From: Octopus sinensis
Lineage: Eukaryota
DNA: 48,022 bases
Direction of reading: 5' to 3'
Assembly: GCF_006345805.1 (NCBI RefSeq)
Contig: NW_021834422.1
Coordinates: 1 to 48,022 of the forward strand
A program made the translations under genes and the position numbers. Positions within the stretch are counted from its first letter, which is position 1, and every line of letters begins with the position of its first letter. This document shows positions 1 through 13,028 of the stretch, piece after piece. The notes under the pieces were generated by a model, which was given only the letters and a program-made list of their open reading frames with translations, did no database searches and was not told the origin of the DNA.

Positions 1-309
1 TGTTGTCAAGGGATGTTGGAGTGACATACACAAACACACAAACATATATATATATGACAGGCTTCTTTCAGTTCCGTCTACCAAATCCATCACAAGGCTT
101 TTGCTATCAACAAATATAACACAACTCTCTGAACTTTCACTATCCTTTTATTCTAGCAACAGTACTTTCAGAACATCCTCATCCACCTGAATAACAAAAA
201 CTATCTATTACATCTAGGGTTCTTTAAAAGAGAAATCAGTGCTTGGGGCTTGCTGATTGTGTCAACTATAATTCTTCAAGGCTGTGCCCCAGCATGGCCA
301 CGTCTAATG

Positions 310-770
310 CAGTGCTTTTTCAACTTTTTACTGGAGCGAACCCAAAGGAAACATTCCACTGGCTCGAGGAACCCTGTGCAATAATTTATAGTCTATGCGC
401 ACATATCTGCACAGGAGACTTAAAAATTACTGCCGATTTTAGCAGTTTTGTAACTTCTTGCGGAACCCCTGGACTGTACTGGCAGAACCCTAAGGTTCCG
501 CAGAACCCTGGTTGAAAACGGCGAGCTGGCAGAAACGTTGGCACGGCGGGCGAAATGCTTAGCGGTAATTCGGCTACCGTTACGTTCTGAGTTCAAATTC
601 CGCCGAGGTCGACTTTGCCTTTCATCCTTTCGGGGTCGAGTAAATAAGTACCAGTTTCTCACTGGGATCGATATAATCGACTTAATCCGTTTGTCTGTCC
701 TTGTTTGTCCCCTCTGTGTTTAGCCCCTTGTGGGTAGTAAAGAAATAGGAACCCTGGTTGAAAACCACTG
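310..770. mobile_element. hAT-type MITE
   Basis: TIRs CAGTGCTTTTTCAAC / GTTGAAAACCACTG; 8-bp TSD GTCTAATG at 302-309 and 771-778. Confidence 0.85.
519..747 (+). mobile_element. SINE family A (tRNA head, tail A1), full length
   Basis: A-box GGCGAGCTGGCAGAA, B-box GAGTTCAAATTCC; 16-bp TSD GAACCCTGGTTGAAAA at 503-518 and 749-764. Confidence 0.9.
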
Positions 771-1019
771 GTCTAATGATTGAAACAAGTAAAAAACAGG
801 AGATAAAAGATAAAGGTAACAGATTTTAAATTACATAAGACATATTAGGTGTGGATTGTGTCTGCTAAAGGAGGAGGCATAATGATACAATGTGACCCAC
901 CACCACAACAAAACTGCCGACATAGCGTAAACAATATTTCATAAGTTTGTGCTAACAGACTGCGATAATTTGGCTTGTTTTCAATATTTTATTATTAGAA
1001 AACAATTATTGTGCTTAAT

Positions 1020-2045
1020 GGACTTATGCTTGTCCAGCTTCCTAGCTAACAACTCACGATATTCCATCCGTAATAAAAATAAACTGAAGTGTGTCTTATA
1101 CACTAATAGATGTGGTATTTCCCATGTCTTTAGCGATTATTATACCTGTGCATCTTCTACATACAAACTCTGCTTTCTCTGTTAACCTTCATGTGATTCC
1201 ACTGCACCTCTTGCTTGTCTGTAGCTTGCCCTAGCTACACTACCAAATTTGTGGAGGCACATGTCCTAGTGGTTAGAGCAGTGGACTCGTGGTCGAGGGA
1301 TCGAGGGTTCGAATTTCAAACTGGGCGATGTGTGTGTTTATGAGCGAAACACCTAAGCTCCATGCGGCTCTGGCAGAAGGTAATGGCGAACTTCTGCTGA
1401 CTCTTTCGCCACAACTTTCTCTCACTCTGTCCTCCTGCATCCTGCAGCTCACCTGCAACGGACTGGCATCACGTCCAGGCGGGGAACCTATACGCCAAGG
1501 AAACTAGGAAACCAGCCCTTATGAGTCAGGCATGGCTTGAGAAGGAACAAACAAACACTACCAAATTCCCACCTATACTTTTTCTACATATCACTAGTAA
1601 GGTCCTTTACCTGATGGGAGTAGAATTCTGTTGGACTTTGGTTTTTGCTATGTTAACTTTAAGGTCCTTCGGATCCAGGGTTTGCTTCTACTTATGGAAT
1701 TTCTTTGCTTATTCTATTACAGATTCTGCTTTGAGAATGGGATCATCACCATTTAGTAGTTCCCAAGGGAAGTTGGTCATAAATTCGTCTATTCTGGCAA
1801 GGAGAGCAAGGGTGAATAGGAGCAGAGTGATAAACCAAGCACTGGTAAACTCCTACATGAATTCTAAATTCGATGCTGCAATCATGACTAAATCTCACCT
1901 GACTGACACAACCCCTAGACGTGGCTTGTATGGCTTTGTCTATCTCTAGCCTCTTCAAAGACCACCGGATCACAGAATAAAGGATTTTGTCAAAAGCTTT
2001 CTCCAGGTCAATGAATCTTATGTGCAATGGTTTACTTTCATACCC
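1020..2045 (-). mobile_element. RTE-clade LINE reverse-transcriptase relic, split by a SINE
   Basis: FIDLEKAFD...VGVYQ, FPWELLNGDD (from LLYADD), KVNIAKTKV, KRCSG...FVCRRC, with stops and frameshifts. Confidence 0.85.
1250..1554 (+). mobile_element. SINE family C (tRNA head), full length
   Basis: Head GGAGGCACATGTCCTAGTGGTTAGAGC...GGTTCGAAT; 13-bp TSD ACACTACCAAATT at 1237-1249 and 1555-1567; second copy at 38141-38442. Confidence 0.9.
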
Positions 2046-2124
2046 CACTCCCACACACACACATGCATATACATGTAAATGTAGTATATCCACATCATCA
2101 TCATCGTCATCGTCATCGTCATCG

Positions 2125-2158
<34 letters not shown>

Positions 2159-2369
2159 GACTGAAACAAGTAAAAGAGTATTTGATGTCAAAATTTCCGT
2201 CGCAACGTTTGTGACCTGATCATTGACATGATTACTCTGCAGTGACGACATCAGTGACCGAGTTGCAGTTGGTGCAACATAAATTTTGGCACCAATCAAT
2301 AAATGTTTAAGTGCAGTTAACAGTCTTTGTATGTATTTTTGAATGGTTAACCCATGTTTTCCCACAATA

Positions 2370-2820
2370 AGGCAGCAAGCTGGCAAAATCATTGGTACGC
2401 CGGGCAAAATGTATCGAGGAATTTTGTCCATCCATTCATTCTGAGTTCAAACTCCACAGAGGTCGACTTTGCCTTTTATCCTTTCAGAGTCAATAAAATA
2501 AGTACCACCTGAACACTGGAGGTCAATATATATTTCTTTACTGCCCACAAGGGGCTAAACACAGAGGGAACAAACAAGGACAGACAAACGGATTAAGTCG
2601 ATTATATCGACCCCAGTGCGTAACTGGTACTTATTTAATCGACCCAGAAAGGATGAAAGGCAAAGTCGGCCTTGGCGGAATTTGAACTCAGAACATAGCG
2701 GCAGGCGAAATACTGCTAAGTATTTCGCCCGGCGTGCTAACGTTTCTGCCAGCTCGCCGCCTGGAGGTCAATATAATCAACTTACTCCCTCTGAAATTGC
2801 TGGCCTTGTGCCAAGAAGGA
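2370..2820 (+). mobile_element. Old SINE A (tail A2) containing a nested SINE A1
   Basis: Body resumes after the insert; TSD CTGGAGGTCAATATA at 2516-2530 and 2761-2775. Confidence 0.8.
2531..2760 (-). mobile_element. SINE A1, full length
   Basis: Reverse complement of the 519-747 family. Confidence 0.9.
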
Positions 2821-2920
2821 ACCCAACGTGTGTCTTGCAGACAGCAATCATTTTAGTTTCAACACATGGTCTCAGAGCAAATCACTTACATGGCAAATAC
2901 ACCTCCATATTTTCATAACG

Positions 2921-3092
2921 TAGGAGTGGCCATGTGGTAAGTAGCTTGCTTACGAACCACATGGTTCCAGGTTCAGTCCCACTGCGTGGCACCTTGGGCA
3001 AGTGTCTTCTACTATAGCCTCGAGCCAACCAAAGCCTTGTGAGTGGATTTGGTAGACAGAAACTGAAAGAAGCCCGTCGTATATATGTATAT

Positions 3093-3125
<33 letters not shown>

Positions 3126-3334
3126 ATATGTTTGTATATCTGTGTTTGTCACCCCAACATTGCTTGACAACCGATGCTGCTGTGTTTACGTTCCCGTAAC
3201 TTAGCGGTACAGCAAAAGTGACCGATAGAATAAGTACTAGGCTTACAAAGAATAAGTCTTGGGGTCGATTTGCTCGACTGAAGGCGGTGCTCCAGCATGG
3301 CCACAGCCAAATGACTGAAACAAGTAAAAGAGTA
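2921..3334 (+). mobile_element. SINE family B (tRNA head, CORE-like CCTTGGGCAAGT, internal (TA/TG)n)
   Basis: Many copies in the window; tail ends GACTGAAACAAGTAAAAGAGTA. Confidence 0.9.
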
Positions 3335-3450
3335 TTTGATGTCAAAATTTCCGTCGCAACATTTGTGACCTGGTCATTGACATGATTACTCTGCAGTGAC
3401 CACGTCATTGACCAAGTTGCAGTTGGTGCAACATAAATTTTGGCACCAAA

Positions 3451-3612
3451 CATGCTGCTGTGTTTACGCCCCCGTCACTTAGCGGTTCGGCAAAAGAGAC
3501 CGATAGAATAAGTACTAGGCTTACAAAGAATAAGTCCTGGGGTCGATTTGCTCGACTAAATGGCGGTGCTCCAGCATGGCCACATTCAAATGACAGAAAG
3601 AAGTAAAAGAGT
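3451..3612 (+). mobile_element. SINE B 3' half
   Basis: Repeats about 3172-3334. Confidence 0.85.
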
Positions 3613-3619
3613 AACCTTT

Positions 3620-4010
3620 ATCTTCGTTTGATAGATTATGTTTTCATTGATTAGATTCATCAAGTAAGTAAATGCGTCCACTAGTTCCTTTAATTTGGAC
3701 ATCGTCTACGGTGGACCCGTCGTTGTGTGCTGGTTTTGTATGTTGTTCTTGTGTCACCAAAACCTGAATATTTTCATAGTTCCATATTGTATTTACTCGG
3801 AGCAATATCTTGACATCTGGTAACATCAGATAAATTCTTCTTCAGAATCATTTAACTAATCAATGTAACGACTCGTGACATCGGATAATTCATCTTTAAA
3901 AAACCAGTTGACCAATCGACATCATTTGTAAAATTTCTTAGACTGCCGATCATTCTTCTGCCGTTCTTCACTGCAAATGTTACTCTCCTCCAGAACATCT
4001 GGCATGGAGT
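3620..4010 (-). pseudogene. Possible decayed DNA-transposase (piggyBac-like) relic
   Basis: Stop-riddled acidic segment (ELSDV...DSEEEFI) followed by ELVDAFTYLMNLINENIIYQT; weak recalled resemblance only. Confidence 0.2.
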
Positions 4011-4143
4011 GTTCCAGAAATAAATTGAAGTCTCTTTGTCATTCAATGTCTATTTCTGTCTCTCCCTCCATCTCTGTACACACACACATACACACACACA
4101 TACACACACACACATATTATACTATATGAAGGACTTCCTATTT

Positions 4144-4180
<37 letters not shown>

Positions 4181-4227
4181 TACTACTACTACTATTACGA
4201 CTTACTACTACTACTACAACCACCACC

Positions 4228-4274
<47 letters not shown>

Positions 4275-4901
4275 AACTACTACTACCACGACGACGACAA
4301 CGACGATGACGACGACGACGACCACCACTACTGCTGCAGCTACTACTACTACTAACTACTACTACTACTACTACTACTACTATTACAACTACTACTACTA
4401 CTGCTACCACCACCACCACTATCACCACCACCACCACCAACATTACTACACACACACACATATACTATATGAAGGACTTCCTGTTTCTACTACTACTACT
4501 ACAACACACGCACACACACACACACATAACGTTCACATTCACACTTATCTATCTACCTCTCTCTACATATATATATGTGTGTATATAAATCATTCATGTG
4601 TTCTCTTGCCGAGAAGTGACGAAAGGAATATCAACCGGACAAGCTGTATGAAAGATATTACATATAATAAAATATAAAAGATAATACATTCAAACTTTGT
4701 TTATTATCACAGCTGTATATAAGATATAATGTTTATATACATCTTGTATATCCCTATAGGTGTAAGATATAATGTATTATTAGCTGTATCATATAATATA
4801 GACATATTTAGCATTTCCCTACAGATGTGTATCAGATACAATATACAATAAGATGTATGATATAATGTATATACAGTTTGTATTTCCCCACAGTTATATA
4901 T

Positions 4902-5299
4902 ACTCTTTACTCTTTTACTCTTTTACTTGTTTCAGTCATTTGACTGCGGCCATGCTGGAGCACCGCCTTTAATCGAGCAACTCGATCCCGGGACTTATTC
5001 TTTTGTAAGCCCAGTACTTATTCTGTCGGTCTCTTTTGCCGAACCGCTAAGTAACGGGGGCATAAACACACCAGCATCGGTTGTCAAGCAATGCTAGGGG
5101 GACACACACACACTCATATATATATACATATATACGACGGGCTTCTTTCAGTTTCCGTCTACCAAATCCACTCACAAGGGTTTGGTCGGCCCGAGGCTAT
5201 AATAGAAGACACTTGCCCAAGGTGCCACGCAGTGGGACTGAACCCGGAACCATGTGGTTGGTAAACAAGCTACTTACTACACAGCCACTCCTGCGCCTA
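4902..5299 (-). mobile_element. SINE B, full length
   Basis: Family match. Confidence 0.9.
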
Positions 5300-5374
5300 T
5301 ATAAATATAAGTATAATGTGGGTGTATATTTTGCGTATCCACACTGCTTTATGTAAGATTTAATGTATAAGATA

Positions 5375-5543
5375 TATTCTTTTTTATTCTAGGCACAAGG
5401 CCTGAAATTTTGGGGGAGGGTGCCAGTTGATTAGATCGACCCCCACCTTGCAACTGGTGCTTAATTTATCGACTCTGAAATGGTTAAAAAGGCAAAGTCG
5501 ACCTTGGTGGAATTTGAACTCAGAATGTAAAGACAGATGAATG
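5375..5543 (-). mobile_element. SINE A2, 5'-truncated
   Basis: Family match (AGGCACAAGGCCTGAAATTTT). Confidence 0.85.
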
Positions 5544-5546
5544 TAT

Positions 5547-5958
5547 ACTCTTACTCTTTACTCTTTTACTCTTTTATTTGTTTCAGTCATTTGACGGCGG
5601 CCATGCTGGAGCACCGCCTTTAATCGAGCAATTCGACCCCGGGACTTATTCTTTTGTAAGCCCAGTACTTATTGTATCGGTCTCTTTTGCCGAACCGCTA
5701 AGTAACGGGGACATAAACATACCAGCATCGGTTGTCAAGCAATGCTAGGGGGACAAACACAGACACACAAACACACACACGCATATATATACATATATAC
5801 GACGGGCTTCTTTCAGTTTTTGTCTACCAAATCCACTCACAAGGCTTTGGTTGGCCCGAGGCTATAGTAGAAGACACTTGCCCAAGGTGCCACGCAGTGG
5901 GACTGAACCCGGAACCATTTGGTTGGTAAGCAAGCTACTTACCACACAGCCACTCCTG
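5547..5958 (-). mobile_element. SINE B, full length
   Basis: Family match. Confidence 0.9.
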
Positions 5959-5999
5959 CTGTATAACATTTATACATTTTGCATTTTTCCACAGGTTGT

Positions 6000-6181
6000 C
6001 ATCATCGTCATCATCATCATCATCATCATCATCGTTTAACGTCTGCTTTCCATGCTAGCATGGGTTGGACGAATTTGACTGAGGGCTAGCGACCCAGATG
6101 GCTGCACCAGGCTCCAATCTGATCTGACAGAGTTTCTACAGCTGGATGCCCTTCCTAACGCCAACCACTCCGAGAGTGTAA
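6000..6181 (-). mobile_element. RTE-tail non-autonomous element (family E) 3' part
   Basis: GGCGTTAGGAAGGGCATCCAGC...CCAACCCATGCTAGCATGGAAAGC..ACGTTAAACGATGATG; other copies at 36425-36590 and 39800-40133. Confidence 0.8.
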
Positions 6182-6899
6182 TTGTCATTAATGAAAACTT
6201 GTATTTTGGCATGGTAAAAAAAAATCGTCTGGATCTTGTCTGTCCAAGTTGGAACCACCAACAAAAGGAATGTCAGGTACCAATTTCTGAATCAACCAAA
6301 CAAAATTGGATCAGTCAGAACCTGAGAGTTTATAATTAGATAATTAGCTCCAGTGTAATGGCATGAAGCAGAAAAATAATAGAGTATGTCACCAGTCTCC
6401 TGAATATGCGATCAGTCTTTTACAGGTAAATTTCTCAGGTGATAATATATTTATTCTTTGAAATTAGGTGTACAAGGGCAATGCGAGTAAACATTGTTCT
6501 GGGCCCGAGCCAGACTGAATTGTCTGGAATGGAGTTGAACTCTGCACGCAATGATGAGGCGGTTCAATAGGTTATCCATGAAGCCACCTAGGAAACCAAC
6601 GAGATGTGTTTAAGTGTGAAAGATGTCAGGAGAGGAGAGACATTAATATCAAAACTGCACAACGGTCAGCTGTGAGGCAACACCACAATTATGACGGACA
6701 CCAGCACCACAACCACCACCACCACCACCATCGCCGCTGCGAACCGCCACCGTGACCAACAGCTACGCTACCATCACCATCAGCATCACCATAACTATCC
6801 ATCGTCATCGCTATCACTGCCACACCTACGTACATATATATGTTTTGTGTGTATGTTTTATTGTGTGTGTGTGTGTGTGTGTGTGGATGTTTGTGTGTT

Positions 6900-6993
6900 T
6901 CTATCTATCTATCTGTCGGCTGTCTGTCTGTCTGTCCGTCTGTCTATCTGCCTGCCTGCCTGTCTATCTATCTATCTATCTATTTATCCATCC

Positions 6994-7024
<31 letters not shown>

Positions 7025-7097
7025 CATCTATCCACTTATCTATCTATCTATCTATCCATCGATCCACTTATCTATCTATCTATCTATCTGTCGATCC

Positions 7098-7160
<63 letters not shown>

Positions 7161-7161
7161 C

Positions 7162-7192
<31 letters not shown>

Positions 7193-7203
7193 CTATCTAT
7201 CCA

Positions 7204-7239
<36 letters not shown>

Positions 7240-7313
7240 ATCTATCTATCTATCTGTCGATCCATCTATCTATCTATCTATCTATCCACTTATCTATCTA
7301 TCTATCTTTCTAA

Positions 7314-7345
<32 letters not shown>

Positions 7346-7350
7346 TTATC
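6900..7350 (+). repeat. (TATC)n microsatellite; similar tracts at 7860-8075 and, as (GATA)n/(GGTA)n, at 44180-44680
   Basis: Direct reading of the sequence. Confidence 0.95.
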
Positions 7351-7736
7351 ATATGAAGGGAAGTGTGAGCTGTCCACTTATAAAGTATACACCCTGTTGA
7401 TGTGTGGTGTTATTATCCAGTGTGTATATTCTAGTTAATAATCAGTTCACATCAGTGAGCTTATTTTTCAATTTAAACTGCCTCAACGGTACATACACAC
7501 ACACACACACATACACACACATACAGAGACACCAATACATATATACACACATATACACACGCATATAGAAGAACGGGGAAGTGGAATGTGGCAATGTTGT
7601 CTGCAGCAGAGCAACTGCACAGTAACAGACGCACTGGTGGACTGCAGCACAAACAAGAGACTGATGATGGGGTGAGGGGAGGGGAGGGGGGAAGAGGCAG
7701 AGAGACAGGACACATAAACACACAGACACAGACACA

Positions 7737-7777
<41 letters not shown>

Positions 7778-7884
7778 GCACAGACACACGCATATGATGG
7801 CTAACATGAGTAGTAAAAATATGTCAGAAGGTTGATAAGGAAAGGGGGAGGAGGGGTGTCATTATCCATCTATCTGTCTATCTG

Positions 7885-7931
<47 letters not shown>

Positions 7932-7936
7932 GTCTG

Positions 7937-8075
<139 letters not shown>

Positions 8076-8335
8076 CTCTCTGTGATAAAGATCCCTATTG
8101 ATCCAATTTTGTTCCTTTCCCTTCCCCCCCCCTTTTTTTAATCCCCCCCTTTTTTGTCCTCTTTCTTTCCATTTACGATCCCTTTTGATCGAAAACCAAA
8201 CCCCCTTCTTTAACACCCAAAAGAAAAGCTCTATCTATTAATATATATCTATATATACATAAATACATGCATACACAGACATATACATACATACATACAT
8301 ACATATATACATACATACAGACCTATATATATATA

Positions 8336-8391
<56 letters not shown>

Positions 8392-8600
8392 AATGTGTGT
8401 GTGTGAGTATATATATATATATATATATGCATACACACATGCATACATGTAATATATAGAGGGAGAGGAAGAGAAAGAAACATACATATTCAAGTATTAC
8501 ATACTATACAATACTATTTTATACTGTAATTTTTTTATGTGCACCGCAATACATTTATACTATGTATATATGTGTGAGTGTGTGCATGTATGTATGTGTG

Positions 8601-8636
<36 letters not shown>

Positions 8637-8846
8637 CACGTGTGCATGCATGTGTGTATGTAATATACATATGTATATGTCTATTATATATATATATTTT
8701 TATTTTATCTAGTTTCAGCTCACGAGCAGTGGCCATGCTGGGGCACCGCCATCTATATATATATATATATATATAAATATGCATTTTTATATATACTCTT
8801 TATATATTGTAGTATATGTGTTTATTCAATGTCATATGTCTGTCTG

Positions 8847-8884
<38 letters not shown>

Positions 8885-9066
8885 GATCTATTGTCTACCT
8901 CTATATGTATATATGTATATATATGTTATATGAGATATGTACCTGAACACTGTAAGCAATATGCTCATTATTATTTATATAACTGCATATATACACATAT
9001 ATGTGAATATATGTGTATATATGTAGTATGTATGTATATATATATGTATGTATCTATATATATATG

Positions 9067-9107
<41 letters not shown>

Positions 9108-9135
9108 ATATATATATTATGTATATCTATATATA

Positions 9136-9167
<32 letters not shown>

Positions 9168-9598
9168 GTTTATATATATATATATACATTTATGTATATA
9201 TATATATACATATTTATGTATATATATATATAGTGTTTGTGTGTACATGTAAATGTTCATATGTATGTATACATCTGTTACTATATATATATATATATAT
9301 ATCTATATATATATATATATACATTATATATGCATATACAACCATATATGTGTTATACATATATTGTGTTGTGTGTGTGTATGTATACATGTGTGTATAC
9401 AACCTATATCTATCTATCTTTAGCAGTCTATCTATATACCCCCACGAACATGCATATGCAACATGGCTAAGAATGCTCACTATTAGAAACACGCACACAC
9501 ACACACACACACACACATCCAAATACATACATATACGTAAGAAACATTTGATATGACGTAAAATCTGATATTGTATATATCTTGTACAGACACTTCTA

Positions 9599-9639
<41 letters not shown>

Positions 9640-9959
9640 GTATACATATTCAGAAATATATATATATATATGTATATATGCCATTGTAGATATATACATT
9701 ATACATTATACGCACAAGATGTATACATGTAAAAACACACGTAGATGTATAAAACTTATATAAACTCTCTCTCTCTCTCTCTCACATACACACACACATG
9801 TATGTATGTATGTACACACTTGTTGATACCTGCATATATACGTCCACACAGATAACTATATTTGTACTCATTTGTAGATAACTATATATACATATACATG
9901 TACACATTTGAATATGTGTGGTATATACATACATACATATATATTATTATATATATATA

Positions 9960-9993
<34 letters not shown>

Positions 9994-10101
9994 GTTCAAA
10001 ATTGCCTCCCCTCTCTCTATCCATCTATCTACACATTCACACACACGTACACACACACACACACCTATCTACATGCACAGACATTTGCACACACATTTAC
10101 A

Positions 10102-10332
10102 TATTTCTTTATTGCCCACAGGGGGCTAAACATAGAGGGAGCAAACAAGGACAGACAAAGGGATTAAGTCGATTACATCTACCCCAGTGTGTAACTGGTA
10201 CTTATTTAATCGACCCCGAAAGGATGAAACACAAAGTCGACCTCGGTGGAATTTGAACTCAGAATGTAAAGACAGACGAAATAGCGTGAAGCATTTCGCC
10301 CGGTGTGCTACTGATTCTGCCAGCTTGCCGCC
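10102..10332 (-). mobile_element. SINE A1
   Basis: Family match. Confidence 0.9.
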
Positions 10333-10354
10333 TTAGCCAATATATATATATATT

Positions 10355-10392
<38 letters not shown>

Positions 10393-11491
10393 ACACACAC
10401 AGATATATATATGTATATGCGGAAACATATGGGTGTATATATGTCAAGATTGATGAAAAACAAGAGCCAATTGGGATGTGTCATGTTCTTTATACATGCA
10501 GATGGATGTACACATATACACACATGTATATATGCATGCATATATATGTATGAGTATACACAGTCTTGTATCTAAATACACACACACAAATACATACATG
10601 TGTATGCCAATAAATACACACATATACACTGATATACGCAGATACGTACGCAAACATTTCATTGTTGGAGCATACGCCGGCAAACACAGATACACATGCA
10701 AACAACGCCCACTCATTAATCTACTAACACATACACACACACATACGCACATACGGACATACATATACATATACACATGCATACACACGTTAATACAGAC
10801 ACACATGCACACACACACACGCTAATACATACACACGCAGATACACACATAGAGGAATACAAGCAGACAGGAACAAATATTCATATTTATGTTTAACCAT
10901 GGAACACACACACACACACACATGCTCACACGCACACGCGCACACACACACTCACACACACACTCACACATGTTCACACACACATTCACACACACTCACA
11001 CACACACGCTCACATACACACACACATGCGCTCACACACACACACACACACACACACACAGATATTACCATGTAATGGCATATGTAGAGCCAGATACACA
11101 GACACACACACAAACAGAATCAGACACACACACACGCGCACACACAGATGTACTCACACTAACACAGATGATAACCACAAACACAGAAACACACAAACAC
11201 ATTGACACACAAACATGCATGCACGCAGACACACAAAAGACACACACACACACATACACACATGCCTTCCACACACAGGCACACATACACAGACACACAC
11301 ACATACACAGACAAACAAACAAACAAACAAACGCACACACACTCTCTCTCTTTTTCTCTCTCTCTCACACACACTCTCTCTCTCTCTCTCTCATACACAC
11401 ACACACACATGCACAGACACACATACACAGACACACATACACAGATACACATACACAGATACACATACACAGACACACATACACAGACACA

Positions 11492-11527
<36 letters not shown>

Positions 11528-11576
11528 TGCCTTCCACACACAGGCACACATACACAAACAAACAAACACACACGCA

Positions 11577-11607
<31 letters not shown>

Positions 11608-11974
11608 ACACACGCACACACACACACACACATGCACAGAGGCACACATCCACAAAGAAATCTATGTAAATATTGATCGGAAATGGTTTGACAGAGGAAC
11701 ACCGCAGAAAATGACAGAAAAGAAAAGAAAGCGAACGAGGAGGAGGAGGAGGAGGAGAGGGAGAAGGAAGAGGAGGAGGCTGTAATAAGGGTGGCATGGA
11801 AGTGATGTTTGAACTCCTACATCATAACCATGGCTCTCCCCCCTCGTCCATCTGTTATATAAAGTAAGAGAGGTGTACAGGGTATATATGAGAGTATGTG
11901 TGTATATTCATATATATATATATATACATATACATACATATATATCTATATATCTATATATGGTGGTGGTGGTG

Positions 11975-12195
11975 GGGGGTTGCTGAAAAGTTCCTGGCTT
12001 TAGGGGTGTCATGAAAGACCTGGGTGGAGGACCCTACATTTCGAGTTCTTTTACAAGGTTTGGATAAAAGTGAAAGGCTGCTGTAAAAAAAAAAAAAAAG
12101 GGTAAATCTGAGAGGCGAATATGTTGGATGAAATCATAATTATCCGATTTCTCCCGCATTTTCTTTTACCCAGAGCCAGGAACTTTACAGCACCC
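11975..12195. mobile_element. Tc1/mariner-like MITE
   Basis: TIRs GGGTTGCTGAAAAGTTCCTGGCT / AGCCAGGAACTTTACAGCACCC; related copy at 44813-45027. Confidence 0.7.
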
Positions 12196-12210
12196 AGTCG
12201 CATGTGCGTG

Positions 12211-12275
<65 letters not shown>

Positions 12276-12490
12276 ATATATATATATATGTATGTACATA
12301 TGTATGTTTGTATATATCTACATCTGTATTGAGAGAAGGTATATATTCATATGTATATATATATACATACATATATATATATATATATATAAGTTTGTAT
12401 ATATATATATGTATGTATGTATATATGTATGTATATATGTATGAATGTATATCTATATATAATATATATATCTCTCTCTCTCTATATATA

Positions 12491-12531
<41 letters not shown>

Positions 12532-12550
12532 TATGTACATATGTATATCC

Positions 12551-12611
<61 letters not shown>

Positions 12612-12688
12612 TTGTATGTATGTATGTATGTGTATCTATGTATGTGTGTATGTATATATGCACATATGTATTGAGAGAAGGTCCTTAC

Positions 12689-12752
12689 CTGGTTATTCAA
12701 GACAGCTCCAATATCTTCCTCATTGTTTAAAAGCTCCATGAACATCAAACAA
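12689..12752 (-). CDS. Candidate isolated internal exon (xCLMFMELLNNEEDIGAVLNNQ), gene unknown
   Basis: 64-nt unique island between (TA)n tracts. Acceptor TTTTTTAG|, strong donor CAG|GTAAGG, one open frame. No recognisable homology. Confidence 0.25.
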
Positions 12753-12991
12753 CTAAAAAACCCTTTTATTACTGCTGTTACCTCTCCGTAGTAAGTGAGT
12801 GAGTGTATATATATCTATAAATATATGTATATACATACATACAGATGCGTGTGTGTGTTTGTGTGTGCCTATGTATTATGTATGTATTTGTGCGTGGTCT
12901 GTGTTAAGATTCTGTTGCAGAGTTATACATACGCATACATATACATATATATGTATGTGTATATATATATATATATATTTATATATATCTA

Positions 12992-13028
<37 letters not shown>

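Noticed and set aside
1253-1325. tRNA-like sequences (also 23967, 38141)
   Set aside because: A/B boxes continue into SINE bodies and tails with TSDs and lack a full cloverleaf; these are SINE heads, not tRNA genes.
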